From positions 3,439,130 to 3,503,129 of the forward strand of contig MU054391.1 in assembly GCA_013239625.1 (NCBI GenBank): a stretch of DNA of 64,000 nt, read 5' to 3'. Position numbers and translations under genes: made by a program. Within the stretch, counting starts at the first letter, position 1; the number at the start of each line of letters is the position of its first letter. This document shows positions 52,097 to 64,000 of the stretch, one piece after another. Below the pieces are notes generated by a model. That model saw only the letters and a program-made list of their open reading frames with translations. It ran no database searches and was not told the DNA's origin. The DNA is from Lama guanicoe. Its lineage: Eukaryota.

Positions 52097-53369
52097 GCAC
52101 ATTTGCAGTAATGTCAATTTGTCACCTGATGTTTCTTCTTTATTTCAGACACACCCTTCCTTACTGCACATTTTTGTTTCCACGCTTCGTAGTTACAGAA
52201 CTCCTGCACTAACATCTGAAAGAAATGTGTCCGCTCCCTGATACAGAGAAACGTAAGGGACATAAGCTCATCGTTTCCCACCTCTGTGCACACCTTTCTG
52301 AAGAGCTTGGATCTTTACAGCAGTTTCCCTAAGAAAGTCTGGATGTGTGAGTGAGAGACTTCAAGCACCGGAGACCTCCACTCATTTATAGACCTGCTTG
52401 GAGAACATTTGAAGCAGAAATAATACCGCTGAACAAAATGTTGAAATCCACCAAAAAAAAGCAGTGCGAGCATAAGCAAAATGGAGAAACTCAAATCTTT
52501 GAGGTTTTAAACATACCAGAGACTCTTTAGAAAGAACAGAGGTTCTCAGTACTGTCAACTGTGATTTCATTCAGTCCAAAATGAGAGGTATGAACTGGTT
52601 CCAATGATCGAGGAACTTATAATCAAGTTGGTGAGATGAAGCAAGAACACCGAAAGTGAGAATTTTAGGCAACAGGTGCAGGCTGTTGAGTTTACATATG
52701 AATTGATTCATAAAGGCTTAGTCCTTCAAAATGTCTCCAGAGTATAATTTTTCACGTTCCGTTGTCACTATGGTTATTCTTAAGATATGCTGTATGTCTA
52801 AAGATAAGACATCCAGCATACGGCAGAAATACATAATTAAATTTCTAATACTATAAATAGTATTTCACAATTTAATTCAAAAGACTGGAATTGTTTTCCA
52901 TCAAGAGAAAATATACTTCTACGTGGAGAAAGCTGTTCCAAATTACCAATCAGAAAAGAGCCCCAGGCTAATTTAAGATCAGTAATCAAGTGAAGATATA
53001 ATCAGCACAAGGCTAATTTTATGTCAACAGGTATTAATCATCTTTCAAACTGAGTGTAAAAAAGCAAGTCTACTGGATATGTTTGAAGATTAGTACCACA
53101 TTGTGGCCATGATGTGTCATTTCATAGTGAATTTGGTAGGTATACTCAGCAACTTCTATTTTATATTTTTGATGAAGAAAACATATAGAATGTCAGACAT
53201 GTGAATGATCTTCCATCCTCAAGCCAGAGGATGACGGAGCCATGACATTGTGGAGATAATGAATCGCAAAACTTGTGTTATCACCTGGATCGAGCTTCTC
53301 GTTATGGGATATGGCTTCATGAGTTTTTAGAAATCACATTATGAAAAGAGAAAAATTAAAGTTTACAAC

Positions 53370-54060
53370 CAGTATTTGTTTAATGGCTACTGTGTGCAAG
53401 GCATTATTCTAGGTACTAGGAATATGACAGGAAAAAATATCCCTTTTTTCAAGGAACATAGATTTGAATGAGGAGAGACAGGTAAGACATAGATATACAG
53501 AATAAGTCAGGTGTGCTAAGGGTTATTTAAAAAATAGAGACACAATAAAAGAAATGGAGTTTGATGGAATGGAGTTCCTTTTTTAGGGGACACTGTGTTG
53601 GCATTTATCATGAAGCAAAATTTGAGCAGAGGCAAATAATTTGAGGGAACAGGGCATTGAGATGTCTGCAGGAAAGCGTTTCTTGAACAGTTAAAAGGAA
53701 ACCAACACAGGTGGGTCTGTGCGAGCAGAGCAGGGGCAGGGAGTGAAGGATGGGGTTGGCGGAGGGCGAAGGAGAGACAGTGGCCACGTAGGGCTTGAAG
53801 GCATTTGATCTGGGTGAGAAGGGAAGTTCCTGTGGTGTTTTTGAGAATGAACGATCCGCAGCTGATATTTTCCTTGAGCCACAATCTTCTACAGGGAAAC
53901 AAGAGAGGAAGAGATTATTCTAATAGTTGAGAGAGAAGCCAATGGTTGCTCGGATGACGATTTAGCAGCTTAGGGGTTGAGATGGGGTCAGAATCTCCAC
54001 TATTTTGGGGGTAAACAGAGTGGCAGGCTCTGCTGATGGCTTGCGCATGGGGTGTGACAC
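53370..54060 (-). mobile_element. L2 LINE 3' region
   Basis: 'ctactgtgtgcaaggcattattctaggtactagg...gatgtctgcaggaaagcgttt...ctgctgatggcttgcgcatggggtgtga'. Confidence 0.75.
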
Positions 54061-56549
54061 AGGCAGTAGTCAATGGTGCACACCCCACCAGCATCATTGT
54101 CAGCGTTGCCGCAGATGAACATCCCAGCGGCCTTCTGTATCAGCGTCCTCAGTCCCCACCACACTTTACGTCTTAGTTCAGACTTGCCCACACGTCAATA
54201 TTCCTTCCCTTTGAAAATTCCTTTTTATTACAATTTTTCAGTGGGACATAACTTTTGAACTTCTTTTTGAGTTGATTCAGATGCATAAACATTCATGCTT
54301 AATTGAGGGTGTAGAAAGAATAACTTCATGTACCTTGAAGTAGAGTTAAATAAATAATAAGACAATTTATTTCCCAATGAATTCCAAACAGAACAGAGTT
54401 ATTTTATTTATTAAATTATTTTTATTTATTAAATTATTAAAAATTATTAAAATAATCCATATGGCATCAATTTGAACAAGTGTCTTGAAATCATATGGGC
54501 AAAAAATTATAGGAGAGGGTAGGTTATCCGATTGTTCATAAAAATGGGAGTCCCATTTTTAGAGTGTCACTGTATTGTTTTCAGTCCTTTGGATTTTTAA
54601 ATCTTGTGTTCCTTAAATGGACGAGTTTAATTGAACTTTTTTGTATGTTATTAGGAAAAATCTTAAATAAGCCCAAATTTAACCCCAAATCCTCGTTACC
54701 TGCTTCCAGCAGTTAATTCTCATGATCTTCCTAGCTCTTCCTCAACCAGCTTCCTGCACCAGGAAATCTGTCAGTACCACTGTCAGGAGGTTCAACTTCA
54801 AGGAAATGTGTTGCGAGGGGCATGGAAGAAGGAGAACCCAGAATTAATGTACAATGAGTGATGATTACTGGAAAAGTATATATATGCATTTTGAAACCTG
54901 AACTTGCAAAATTTCATTTTGGAAAGAAAAGCCTATCAAAGCATATCATTTTAATTATACTTCTATTACCGAGGGACTATGAAAGTGTATATTAAATTAA
55001 TGGAATGGATTGCCTTGGTTCCACAGTGGTTATTAGCAGGAAGAGCTCCCAGTTTTCTTATTATGTACATCACTAACTTTAATTGCATTAGGCTGAGCTG
55101 GGAGAGCTATTTTTAGGAAATATTTCATCCACAAAACAATTTCTGTTGGCTGTCTGCCTACTGCAGCTCCAAGCCAGAGGTTTCTCCCATAGATGTTAAC
55201 TTACTATTTCTGTCAGTCATGCTTTAGCACATGCTGCCTTATTAAAACTTCCCTGGATGACTCTGGCCCTCAAGACCGCCCGCTGAAGCTCCCACGAGGA
55301 ACCTGGTGGAGCAGGTCAGGCAGGCTTCCTCTGCTGGCACTCGGTCACAAGAGTGTGTGTGTGTGCACAGTGCCTGAGTGACACACACACCGCGACCCAC
55401 ATCAGCCAACAGGATGCCGATGACACGCTTGGGGCTCCTGCAGATAGGGGACGCCATTGCCCATTTAATCCAGAATATGAAGATTTTCTTTTTTTTAAGT
55501 TAAAACTTTAAAGCATAGAGTAAATTAGCTCTTAACTATTGGTGCCTGGAGACTCACTAAGTTGTCTGAATTTGGCCTTCAATTATGGCTGAACTCGGAG
55601 ATGGTAAGTACAGGGCATTCATTCGCGTCATAACATTTCTGGTGCCATGGTCTCGATCAGAACCAAGGAGTTATAAAATTGGAAGATAATTTTAAAATTA
55701 TGTACTCCAAGCCTTCCACATGAGTCCCTTAATGAACGGCTGACACAGCCTTTGAGAAGCAAAACTTGACTGATTCTCTTAAAATGCAAGACATGCACAA
55801 CTTCAATCAGTAAGTCACCTCCTATCAACATGTCTATATACACACTGACGACATGGGCGAAGATGTGTGGAGCACCGCTTAGACCTGAGAACAGATAGAA
55901 ATAACCTGACACTTCTTGATATGGAATGCTTAAAGAAAGTAAAGTGTCGTCATATTAGGAAACAACATGGGGCTTAAAATATATTATACAGCTCATATCT
56001 GCTGGTAAAAGTTATCCAACACATATTAACTGAAGAAAGCAATTCCCAGGGTACAAACCAGAGCATGGCCCTTTTGTGTAAGCAAGCTATACAACGCAAT
56101 TACAAATCATGTAATATAGAGACACACACAGCGTTTATGTATGTGAAAGGCATATCTTTATTTGTATACATAGTTTGCACTTATGAAATATTTTGTATGT
56201 ATTGTATTATATGACACATGCATGTATAACTTTAAGGAAGGTTAAATAATGAACTTTTAATGGGGATGGTAAATGCGTTTGAGGAGAGGGTGATATTACA
56301 GGTATGGGTAATATACTTTTTACTCTATATTCTTTTATTTTTGTTGTATTCATAATAACCATGCATTTATATATTGCTTGTGAAACTAAAAATAAATACC
56401 CACAAACTGGAAAGGAACTAGAGCCAATGGGACAAGTTATCTGCATGCCCGAAGTTTGTGGCAGAGCCGAAATAAAATAAAGCATGAGATTTCTGGATAA
56501 AACCTTCAGTGTCACAGATCTTGGCACTGAGAGGGACCCCAGGAGTTAA

Positions 56550-57070
56550 CAGCGATGACAAGCCCTTAGTTAGTACTCGTTGTATTCAAGGCACTGCTTC
56601 AATGCCTGATGCATGTTAATTCAGGTAATCCTCAAATAACCCTGTTAGTCAGCTGTCATTGTCCCTTTGGTAAATGTTTGCAATATGGTCACATAATCTC
56701 CTCCCTGCAGACACACCTGCTGTAATTGCTCCCTGGCACTGACTCCAAGTTGGCTTTAGTCAACAGGACAACAGCCAATGACGCCTAAGTGGAAGCTTGA
56801 GGGCTGCTGCAGGTTAGAGGCTCTCCCTTCTCGCTGTTGGACCATTCCACGATCATGTGCACAAGCCGAGACCCGCTTCCTGGAGGAAGAGCGAGCTGAC
56901 ACCCTCCCCGCTGAGCCAGCATCCCAGCACAGGCCTCAGCCTTGAGTCTGCCGGGGGACTCCGCCCCCATCCCACAGATGAGGAAACTGAGGTCAGAGAG
57001 CTGGTAAGTGGCAGAGACAGGAATCAGATCCAGATAGTTTGTTCCAGAGTCTAGATTCTTAATCACTCAG
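56550..57070 (-). mobile_element. MIR interrupted by an MLT1-like LTR (about 56675-56965, +)
   Basis: MIR 'ggtaatcctcaaataaccctg...cattgtccc' resumes at 'acagatgaggaaactgaggtcagagagctggtaagtggcagag'. The intervening sequence is MLT1F/G-like. Confidence 0.6.
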
Positions 57071-57278
57071 CTGCTTTCTGATTGGCACTTACGTCAAGGC
57101 AGGAAAGACAGACCTCGGCCCCAGGTAGCGGGTTTGTCCCCAGGCAGGGGCAGCAGCGTCCGCACGGGAGAGAGGTCTTTAAAGAGTCAGCGGTGGGAGC
57201 ATTTATGCGCTCAGATGTGTGTCTCCTGTGGAAATGAGGGAGAAGCCGGGAGCAACCGCCCCGGAGGATTTAACCATC

Positions 57279-57506
57279 ACAAATGTTGGCAAGCCACAGG
57301 CTGACGGCCACATCTTCCCTACTGCCTGTTTTTGCAAATGCCGTTTTATTGGATCCCAGAAAACCCATTCGATTCTCGATCGTCTGTGGATGATTTCACA
57401 CTAAGATGGCGGAACTGAGGAATTGCAACGGAGACCGCAAGGCTCAAAACACTGAAAATCTTTATTCTTAATCAGGCTCTTCCCAGAAAACATTTGCCAG
57501 CCCATG
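57279..57506. mobile_element. MER58A hAT-Charlie MITE
   Basis: 'gttggcaa...ctgcctgtttttgcaaat...ttttattgga...gaattgcaacggagacc...cagaaaacatttgccagccc'. Inverted ends. Confidence 0.8.
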
Positions 57507-58645
57507 AGGGGTGTTAATGGCATCTAGAGACAAAGGTGGAGATGAAGATGCTCTGGTTTGAAGGACTCGGTTTGAGGCAGAGGAACTCAGAGGGGATGAG
57601 GCAGCTGATGGGGAAGGGCTGTCACTGCTCGCACCTGACACCGGCGAGGGAAGAGGAGTCCAGAGAAGATGACACTTGCAAACTATGACTGCAGGGAGGA
57701 TAAACTGGTCTACAGGCCAGCAAGAGGTGGTTTCAAAAATGCTGTCCCAGGAGAGGAAGTCGGGTCTAGGGTGGGGATGGTGGAAATGCCTGGAGGGGGA
57801 AGATATGACAGCAGCCTTGGAGTGAGGCAAGAGTCACCCAGACGGAGATGACCTGGGAACCATGCAGGGCTGATACCTCCAAGACAGGCATTGCCTTTGT
57901 GAGCCTGAGCCAGGAAATGAGGTGGAAGAACATTGAGACACGGAGGTAAATCCCCCCCTCCCCATCTCCCGAGGGAAGGTCGTCTGCTATTTTCCTCAAG
58001 GACTCCCTCTCAGCACCAGCCCGCCTCGTCCTGTCTCCCAGGTTGTGGAAGGATGCCCGCCCACCACCACCCGAGGGCGGGGCAGGGAAGCCAGGGGAGG
58101 GCCTGCGCTGCCCTCCCGTTGCGCCATCAAGTGGTTTTTTTGCTGGGTTTTCTGTGCTAAATCACACTGAGATTTTCTCTTTCAAATTAAGAAACTGAGT
58201 CTCAAAAAGGTTGTTCCAAGAACTATGTCACCAAAAAAGAGTAGAAGAGAAGAAACACCACTCCAAACGAATGTAATTCCAAAGCCTATGGTTCATCAGG
58301 AAATGTGTGAGGTTGGGGAACATTTATTCTTCTCAAAATTCAGTTTCTGATTTAATTCAACTTTATATCCAGTTTATGATCTAAAGTCCATATTCACCAA
58401 TGCTTTCCTTAATTAGGCTCCTGCTGTTTGTGTGAAAATGAGGACACATGAAGGTGGGGAAGCAGAGAGAAGCGTCTGCAGCCGTGCTGTCAGGGCTCGT
58501 GGAGACTGGAGACTCCGTTCTGCCCGGGAAGGGAGCACCGGGTCCCCTGTTTCAGGGCGCCGCCTCCTCGTCTGTTTCTCTACATCTGTTCTCTTGCTGC
58601 TGCTGTTGCTTTGTTGTTGTTATTCTTTCTTCCTACTTTCTCTCT

Positions 58646-59002
58646 GCTGTCAACTAAATGTTTGCGTCCTTCCCAAATCCATGTGTTGAAACCTGACCCC
58701 CAAGGTGATGGTGTTAGGAGGTGGGGGCTTTGGGAGGTGATGAGGGCGTGAGGGTGGGGCCCTCAGGAACGGGAGGAGCGCCCTCATAAGGGAGCCCTCC
58801 CAGAGCTCCCTGCCCTCTTTGTGCCACGTGAGGACACAGCCAGAAGGTGGTTGTCTGCAACCCAGAAGGATCTCATTAGAACCCAACCATGCTGGTGCCC
58901 CAAACACGGACTTCCAGTCTCCAGAACTGTGAGAAACCAATTTTTGATGTTTATAAGTCACCCAGCGTCTGGTACTTTGCTATAGCAGCCTTAACTAAGA
59001 AA
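58646..59002 (+). mobile_element. MLT1A-like solo LTR
   Basis: 'aatgtttgcgtcc...aaatccatgtgttgaaacc...ggacttccagtctccagaactgtgagaa...gtttataagtcaccc...actaaga'. Confidence 0.9.
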
Positions 59003-60329
59003 CTTAAAGTGAAAATTCCTGGTCAAAGCTAATTGTGTCACTGTTGTGTTGAGGGCTCATCTGAAATCCAGCCCAGCCACGTGACTTACAGGAGGGGGTT
59101 TACAGCAGAAAGTATGGATGCTGCGCTTCTAATCTCACCTCCTGGAAGGGGGCTGGTGAGAAGGATTTAAGAACATCTCCCAGCAGTTTATAAAAGTCTG
59201 CTGCTAGAGCCTGTGGCCAGGACGGGATGGGCTACATCCATCAGCCAACAAAGTCCCCTCAGCCTCCAACTTCTTCTCCTGACTCTGCTCTCCTCACCCA
59301 TGTCCTGTCTCTCCTCACCTGGTTCCTACATCCTCTCATTTATCTGTGGCTTCCTCATACATCATCCTTCCTGTCCTTCGCATGAATGCAAGGATTATAA
59401 ACACGGGATACTAGAATCGAAAGCCTCTCAAAAATGATTTTACTCTATATTATCATTTCAGAGATAAGCGAACTGAAGCCCAAATAAAAAGAAGTTATTT
59501 GACATCAATTTGCTGTCAGCGGTGTCATGAGGCAGCCCTTCTAATGCTCGGTAGACTCTCCCTGAGGGCACAGTCAGGACAGAACCAGAATAGAGGAGAC
59601 ATCCAGGTAATCCTGCTACCCATGGCTGACTTCCCCTCGAGTCCCCACACCCTGGACAGACGTGTATATGTGTGCCTGCATGTGTGTCTGCATGTGTGTG
59701 TGGGTGTGTGTGTGTTTGAAACTTAAGCCAGTGTGATAACTTAAGCAGTGCTACAGGTAATGCTCAGTCTCTGGGCTCCACCTCCTCTCCTCTCCCGCCA
59801 AGCTTTCTTCCTAAGCTGCCACCTGAGTAAATGGGAAAGGGGATCGGATGACGTGGAGTTTCAGGGCTGGTCCTTGGTTCGCCCACATTTGTGGCCACTT
59901 GAGGTGCAGCTGGAAGGCACAGCTGTGTCCGTGCTAATGGAGTTGCCAGCCAGGTTGTCTCTTGTGTGTTCCGCCTACTCACCCTTAACGGTGGCTCCAT
60001 AAGGCTGTTTGCAGAGTCCCTCTTGTATTTTCTAACTGTCTCTCAGACAGGAAGCCCCACCCCAGGCGTCGCCATGGTTGCCTCCCGCCTTCCTTCAACA
60101 GGATGCGTGGTGTGGCCAGTGCCCCACCCACCTGCCTCACAGGTCCCCACCTCCTGCATCAGGTGAACTGGACTTCTGGGTCCCGATGACTCTCCTCTGG
60201 AACTAAGACCAGGAGTCTCTTTCTGATATCCTCATGGCTCGGCCACACTTGTTCTGATGTGACCCCCTGTTGGAGCCTTCTGCCGTCTATGCTTGCTCTT
60301 CTTGATCAAACGCAGGCTCCTCTGAACCC

Positions 60330-60808
60330 TCTTCTCAATGGGCCTCGATCTTGCCCTGTCAGGAATGCAGTCTCAGCACAAGTAACTTTGTCTCTGCCTC
60401 CCACCCAAACTGAGAGACCTGGCACATTTCTAACAGCTCGAGACCGTGTCCCCAGCCTGAGCTCAGCGATCCCCCAGCCCCGTGCGCTCCTGCCCGGGAG
60501 ACCTTGGGGCTTCCAAAAGAATTGACTGTTTTGTGGAGGCAGAAGCCCACTTTCCATATGTTAGTTAGCAAACCCAGATGGGCTTCCTGGACCAACACCC
60601 CTTCCTGCTATTTGTTGATTTCCACTTCCCTGACTGCTCAGTCTTCACTCCTCCCCCTCCCTAATCCTTCATTCTCCCTGTAAAACACCCAGTCACTTCC
60701 GCACAGACCAAAGATGAGCTCAGCTTACGCTGGACTCTTATTACAGTAGACAGTAAAATGGTTTTCATTACCTGTAACTAGTGTCCACTACTGTTTAGCG
60801 TTGATGTC
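60330..60808 (+). mobile_element. ERV1-class solo LTR (MER34-like)
   Basis: The 3' end 'gtaaaatggttttcattacctgtaactagtgtcc...gtttagcgttga' and 'cagtcacttccgcacagaccaaagatgagctcagc' resemble the recalled MER34A. The 5' boundary is uncertain. Confidence 0.5.
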
Positions 60809-60864
60809 CTCCTTACCCACTCCAGCCTCATAGATAAGGCAATTTTACAGAAATGTTATCCCCA

Positions 60865-61030
60865 TTACACTTAATTTAGGTCATTTAATTCTTACAAAAA
60901 CCTTCCATGTAAGGAATACTGTCCTTATTTTTTTCAAATTAGGAGCCTGAGATTGAGAGAGGATAAATCAGAAAGTGACAAAGCAGTTTAAGGGTAAGAC
61001 CTGGATGCAAACCCATACCTCTGTAACTGT
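60865..61030 (-). mobile_element. MIR fragment
   Basis: 'tcatttaattcttacaaaaacc...ggagcctgagattgagagagg...cctggatgcaaaccc'. Confidence 0.65.
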
Positions 61031-62299
61031 GTACTTAGACAAAGTCTTAATGGTAATTAACATTCACACATGTTTTTAGCTGTTGGTTCTTACTATCAAC
61101 TTAAAAACAAGTTAAGAAATCATCGAAGTCCAAGCTTTTTTGTTCCCATCCCATCCAGTTGATCCAAGAAAGCCATTATTCTTCTATGACGTGCACTGCT
61201 TCAGCTTTTGCCCCTGAATCTCCAAGATAAAGGGGAGAAATATCTTTCCCCGTTTCTTATATGGAATGGCTTTAATTCTTTCTCCATGCTGGCCATCCTT
61301 CTGTGAACAACCGACAGGCACAGAGTGGCAACCTGTACAGGGAATCTAACTTCTGATCACCTGGCAGCCTGTACTCACCTCTCTCCCCACACTGTGCTTA
61401 GAGTGACTCAACCTCACGTCACGTTGATTTATTTGGAAACCACATTGGGCTGTTTAAACATCTTGACTTCAGTTTTATGAGCTCATATAAAACTCATAAA
61501 ACATGTTCAAATGTCTGATGCTAAGCCAGCTCTCCCCTCTTACCAGTACTTCTGTAACTGGTTGTCTTTGTTTTAAGTATGGGTCCTAATACCTAGTCCA
61601 GTTTAACTGTAACTTGGTTTATCCATTGTTTTGGTCAATTCATAACTTTCTTGATTTTGATCCTTTTGTATGTCCTTGGATGACAACTCAAAGGGTACTG
61701 GTTAAAAACCATATAGGATTGTATTTAATTTAAGACACCAAGTAAATATATTTCCAACTTTTCTACCAGTAGATAGAAAGCTCTTATGAGACTAATTTCC
61801 CATTTCTTCACAGTTAAGAGCATAACAGCTTTATCACTTCACATCCTGATAAAGATTGCTTTGTTCTCACAGTGTGTAAATTCTGCACCCAAATGTTCCC
61901 CCCTCATCAAGGGTAGTGACATCAACTTGTGTTTTGTAAATGAAGAATCTGTCAATGCCATTCATCATTGATATGCTATGTAAAGAAAATGTAATTAAGC
62001 AAATTTAATAGAAATTGTGGTAAATGTATACCAAATTAGTATAATAATAACCTGGTATTTATCACATACTTTACATTAAATTCATTCTTTTATTTGGTAA
62101 GCACAGCAGTATATAATACTTGTGTGTTGGTGGTATTATCTACCTCTTTGTAAAAATGAAAACATCATTATATTTGTTTGCCATATTCTTGATGTCACAT
62201 AAAGTAGTTAATTGTTACATAAAAATTTCAATGGAGCAGCATCTAGTTCATGTCGCTGAGCTTAATGCCCATTTAGTTCATACCCCAAAAGAGAAAAAA

Positions 62300-63040
62300 T
62301 GATGAAAGTTAAGCAAACAAAAAAATTAATGAAGTTTAATAAAAGAAAAACTATGCCAATTAATATTGAATTTTCAAAAATATATATAGCTTAAAAGATA
62401 TTCATTTAAATATAAGCGAAGAGAAATATAAAAACTAAAGAAAGGAAAAAAGATAACCAAAAGAAAGGTAGTACATGTCCCCTAATTTAAGACAATGTAG
62501 ACTTTATGGCAAGAAATACTACTAAAAAGTAAGGAGAACATTTTCAATTAACAATAGAGTCGAATTAGTAAGAAGACACAATAGTACTAAGCATGTATGC
62601 ACTTAATAACCCAGCTTCAAAATACATAAAGCAACTGTTAATAGAATTAAAGAGAAATAGTAACAAACCCATGGTCCTAACTGGAGACTTTAACAAACTT
62701 CTCTAGCCATTAAATAATGAATAACTGCCATATTCAGCAGCATGGATGGCATTAGGAAATAGAATGTTAAGTAAATGTAAGCAGACACAAATATGTACAT
62801 ATTACATCATTCTTTCTACATAAAGTTCAAAAATAGGTAAAACTAATCTATGTTGATAAAGATCAAGATTGTGGTTGTCTTTAGGGAGGAGTGAGAAGTG
62901 ACTAGGAGGCAGCCCAGATAGGGATCTGGGGTTCTCTTAATTTTCTATTTCTCAATCTGGGTTTTGTTCACATCATGAAAATCCATCAAGCTTCATCTTG
63001 ACGTATGCACAGTACTGTACATTTGTTACAGTTCCATAAA
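62300..63040 (+). mobile_element. Old L1: endonuclease-region remnant abutting a 3' UTR remnant
   Basis: 'gtatgcacttaataacccagcttcaaaatacataaagcaa...ggagactttaac' (GDFN motif of the L1 endonuclease), then L1M 3' UTR 'taaagttcaaaaataggtaaaactaatctatg'. Confidence 0.75.
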
Positions 63041-63049
63041 TAAGGCAAA

Positions 63050-63605
63050 TTATTCAGCTCTTCTACTCCAAACTCTTCAGTTTCCCCACAAACTTTGAAT
63101 AAATTTGAATATGCAGTAATTGCCTACAGTTTTCCCCTGGAGCCGGTCCCTGGGACACCCCCAGCCCAAAGAGCTTAGCATTTTCTCTCTGACGTGCTAT
63201 TCTGTGGCCAAATGGCCCACATCAGCCCCAAACCCTCCTTGCTTCTCCTTGAAAATGACAAAGAAACTCCCTATCACAATTTTAGATTTTCTGTTCCTTC
63301 TTTCAGGAAGACTCTTCTCCCAAAGATTTAACTACTTCAGATTACTAGTATTACTTTATCAGAAATGCCCTCCATGGTCATCTTACCTAAAATAGGATAA
63401 TTTCAATTTTTCACTTCCGTGTACTTCTTAATTGTTCTTTACAGAACTGATCACTATGTAGACTTGTATTGTGTGTCTATCTGTATATGTCTCCTCCCCT
63501 AGAAGGTAACCTCCACAGGGACAGAGTTGTCATGTCTTTTCATTGTTAATATTCTCAGAAATTAGAATACCAGAGACATTAATGTGGAATAATTAAATGA
63601 AGAAA
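63050..63605 (+). mobile_element. L2 LINE 3' region
   Basis: 'ctactccaaactcttcagtttcccca...tctcctcccctagaaggtaacctccacagggacagag...attctcag...ataccagag'. Confidence 0.7.
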
Positions 63606-64000
63606 CAAAGTGAGTTTAAGTCCCATCTTTTGTAACTAGAAATTAATGATCAACATCTGTTTTAATATTATAAGCATATTTAGATGCAAAGGTAACTACC
63701 AGAACTGAAATGAAATGTGGTGAAATTTTTTGAGGAGGTGCTGGAGTTGGGTGTGGTGGAGTACCCAACTGGTGTTTATCAACATAAGAACTTTTGTACT
63801 ATTTACTATTAAATCAGACACATTTATCATGTTCCTAGCATTAAGACAAGGGAGAAAAAAAGATACAAGATACCAGGTCCTCTGGTTGTAGGTTACATTA
63901 TTTTGCACTAAACTGTACTCTCTTTACCAATCTGCAACCCTTGGCTGAATAATTGTTTCTAGTAAGTGCCTCTGATACTGATGCATTTACAACATTGAGC

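Noticed and set aside
52880..53330. Possible decayed processed pseudogene (coding-like texture)
   Set aside because: The frames I translated have frequent stops, with no recognisable protein, poly(A) or TSD.
1..64000. ORF track entries (60-164 aa) as protein-coding genes
   Set aside because: The lengths are what chance produces, none resembles a protein I recognise except L1 remnants, many overlap repeats, and there is no coherent multi-exon structure.
1..64000. Apparent abundance of AP-1 (TGASTCA) sites
   Set aside because: I noticed roughly a dozen, close to the approximately 8 expected by chance for a 7-mer on two strands in 64 kb.
1..64000. CRISPR array, prokaryotic or viral insert, NUMT, tRNA
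   Set aside because: I saw no regularly spaced repeat-spacer structure, long ORFs, mitochondrial-like sequence or tRNA cloverleaf. The sequence is consistently mammalian.

Overview
Mammalian (eutherian) non-coding DNA, either intergenic or deep within a large intron. I found no protein-coding exon or gene that I can support, and the ORF track is essentially chance ORFs plus decayed L1 and transposase fragments. A large share of the window is ancient interspersed repeats: MLT1/MLT2 LTRs, MIR, L2, L3/CR1, old L1M and hAT DNA transposons (Charlie1, MER63, MER58, MER5). It also contains younger cetartiodactyl-type L1 3' ends. I saw no Alu, B1, CHR, Bov-tA or PRE-1 SINEs, so a camelid source is my tentative inference. 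The most distinctive element is a 3'-truncated, tailless 5S rRNA retrocopy (5S nt 1-90) with a 15-bp target-site duplication, inserted inside an MLT2 LTR. Other items worth checking are CpG-rich patches within ancient repeats, repeat-free blocks dense in transcription-factor motifs (candidate enhancers), and candidate non-coding exons and microexons. I found no convincing novel biological system. Repeat subfamily names come from recalled consensus sequences, not a database search, and boundaries are approximate unless a TSD is given.
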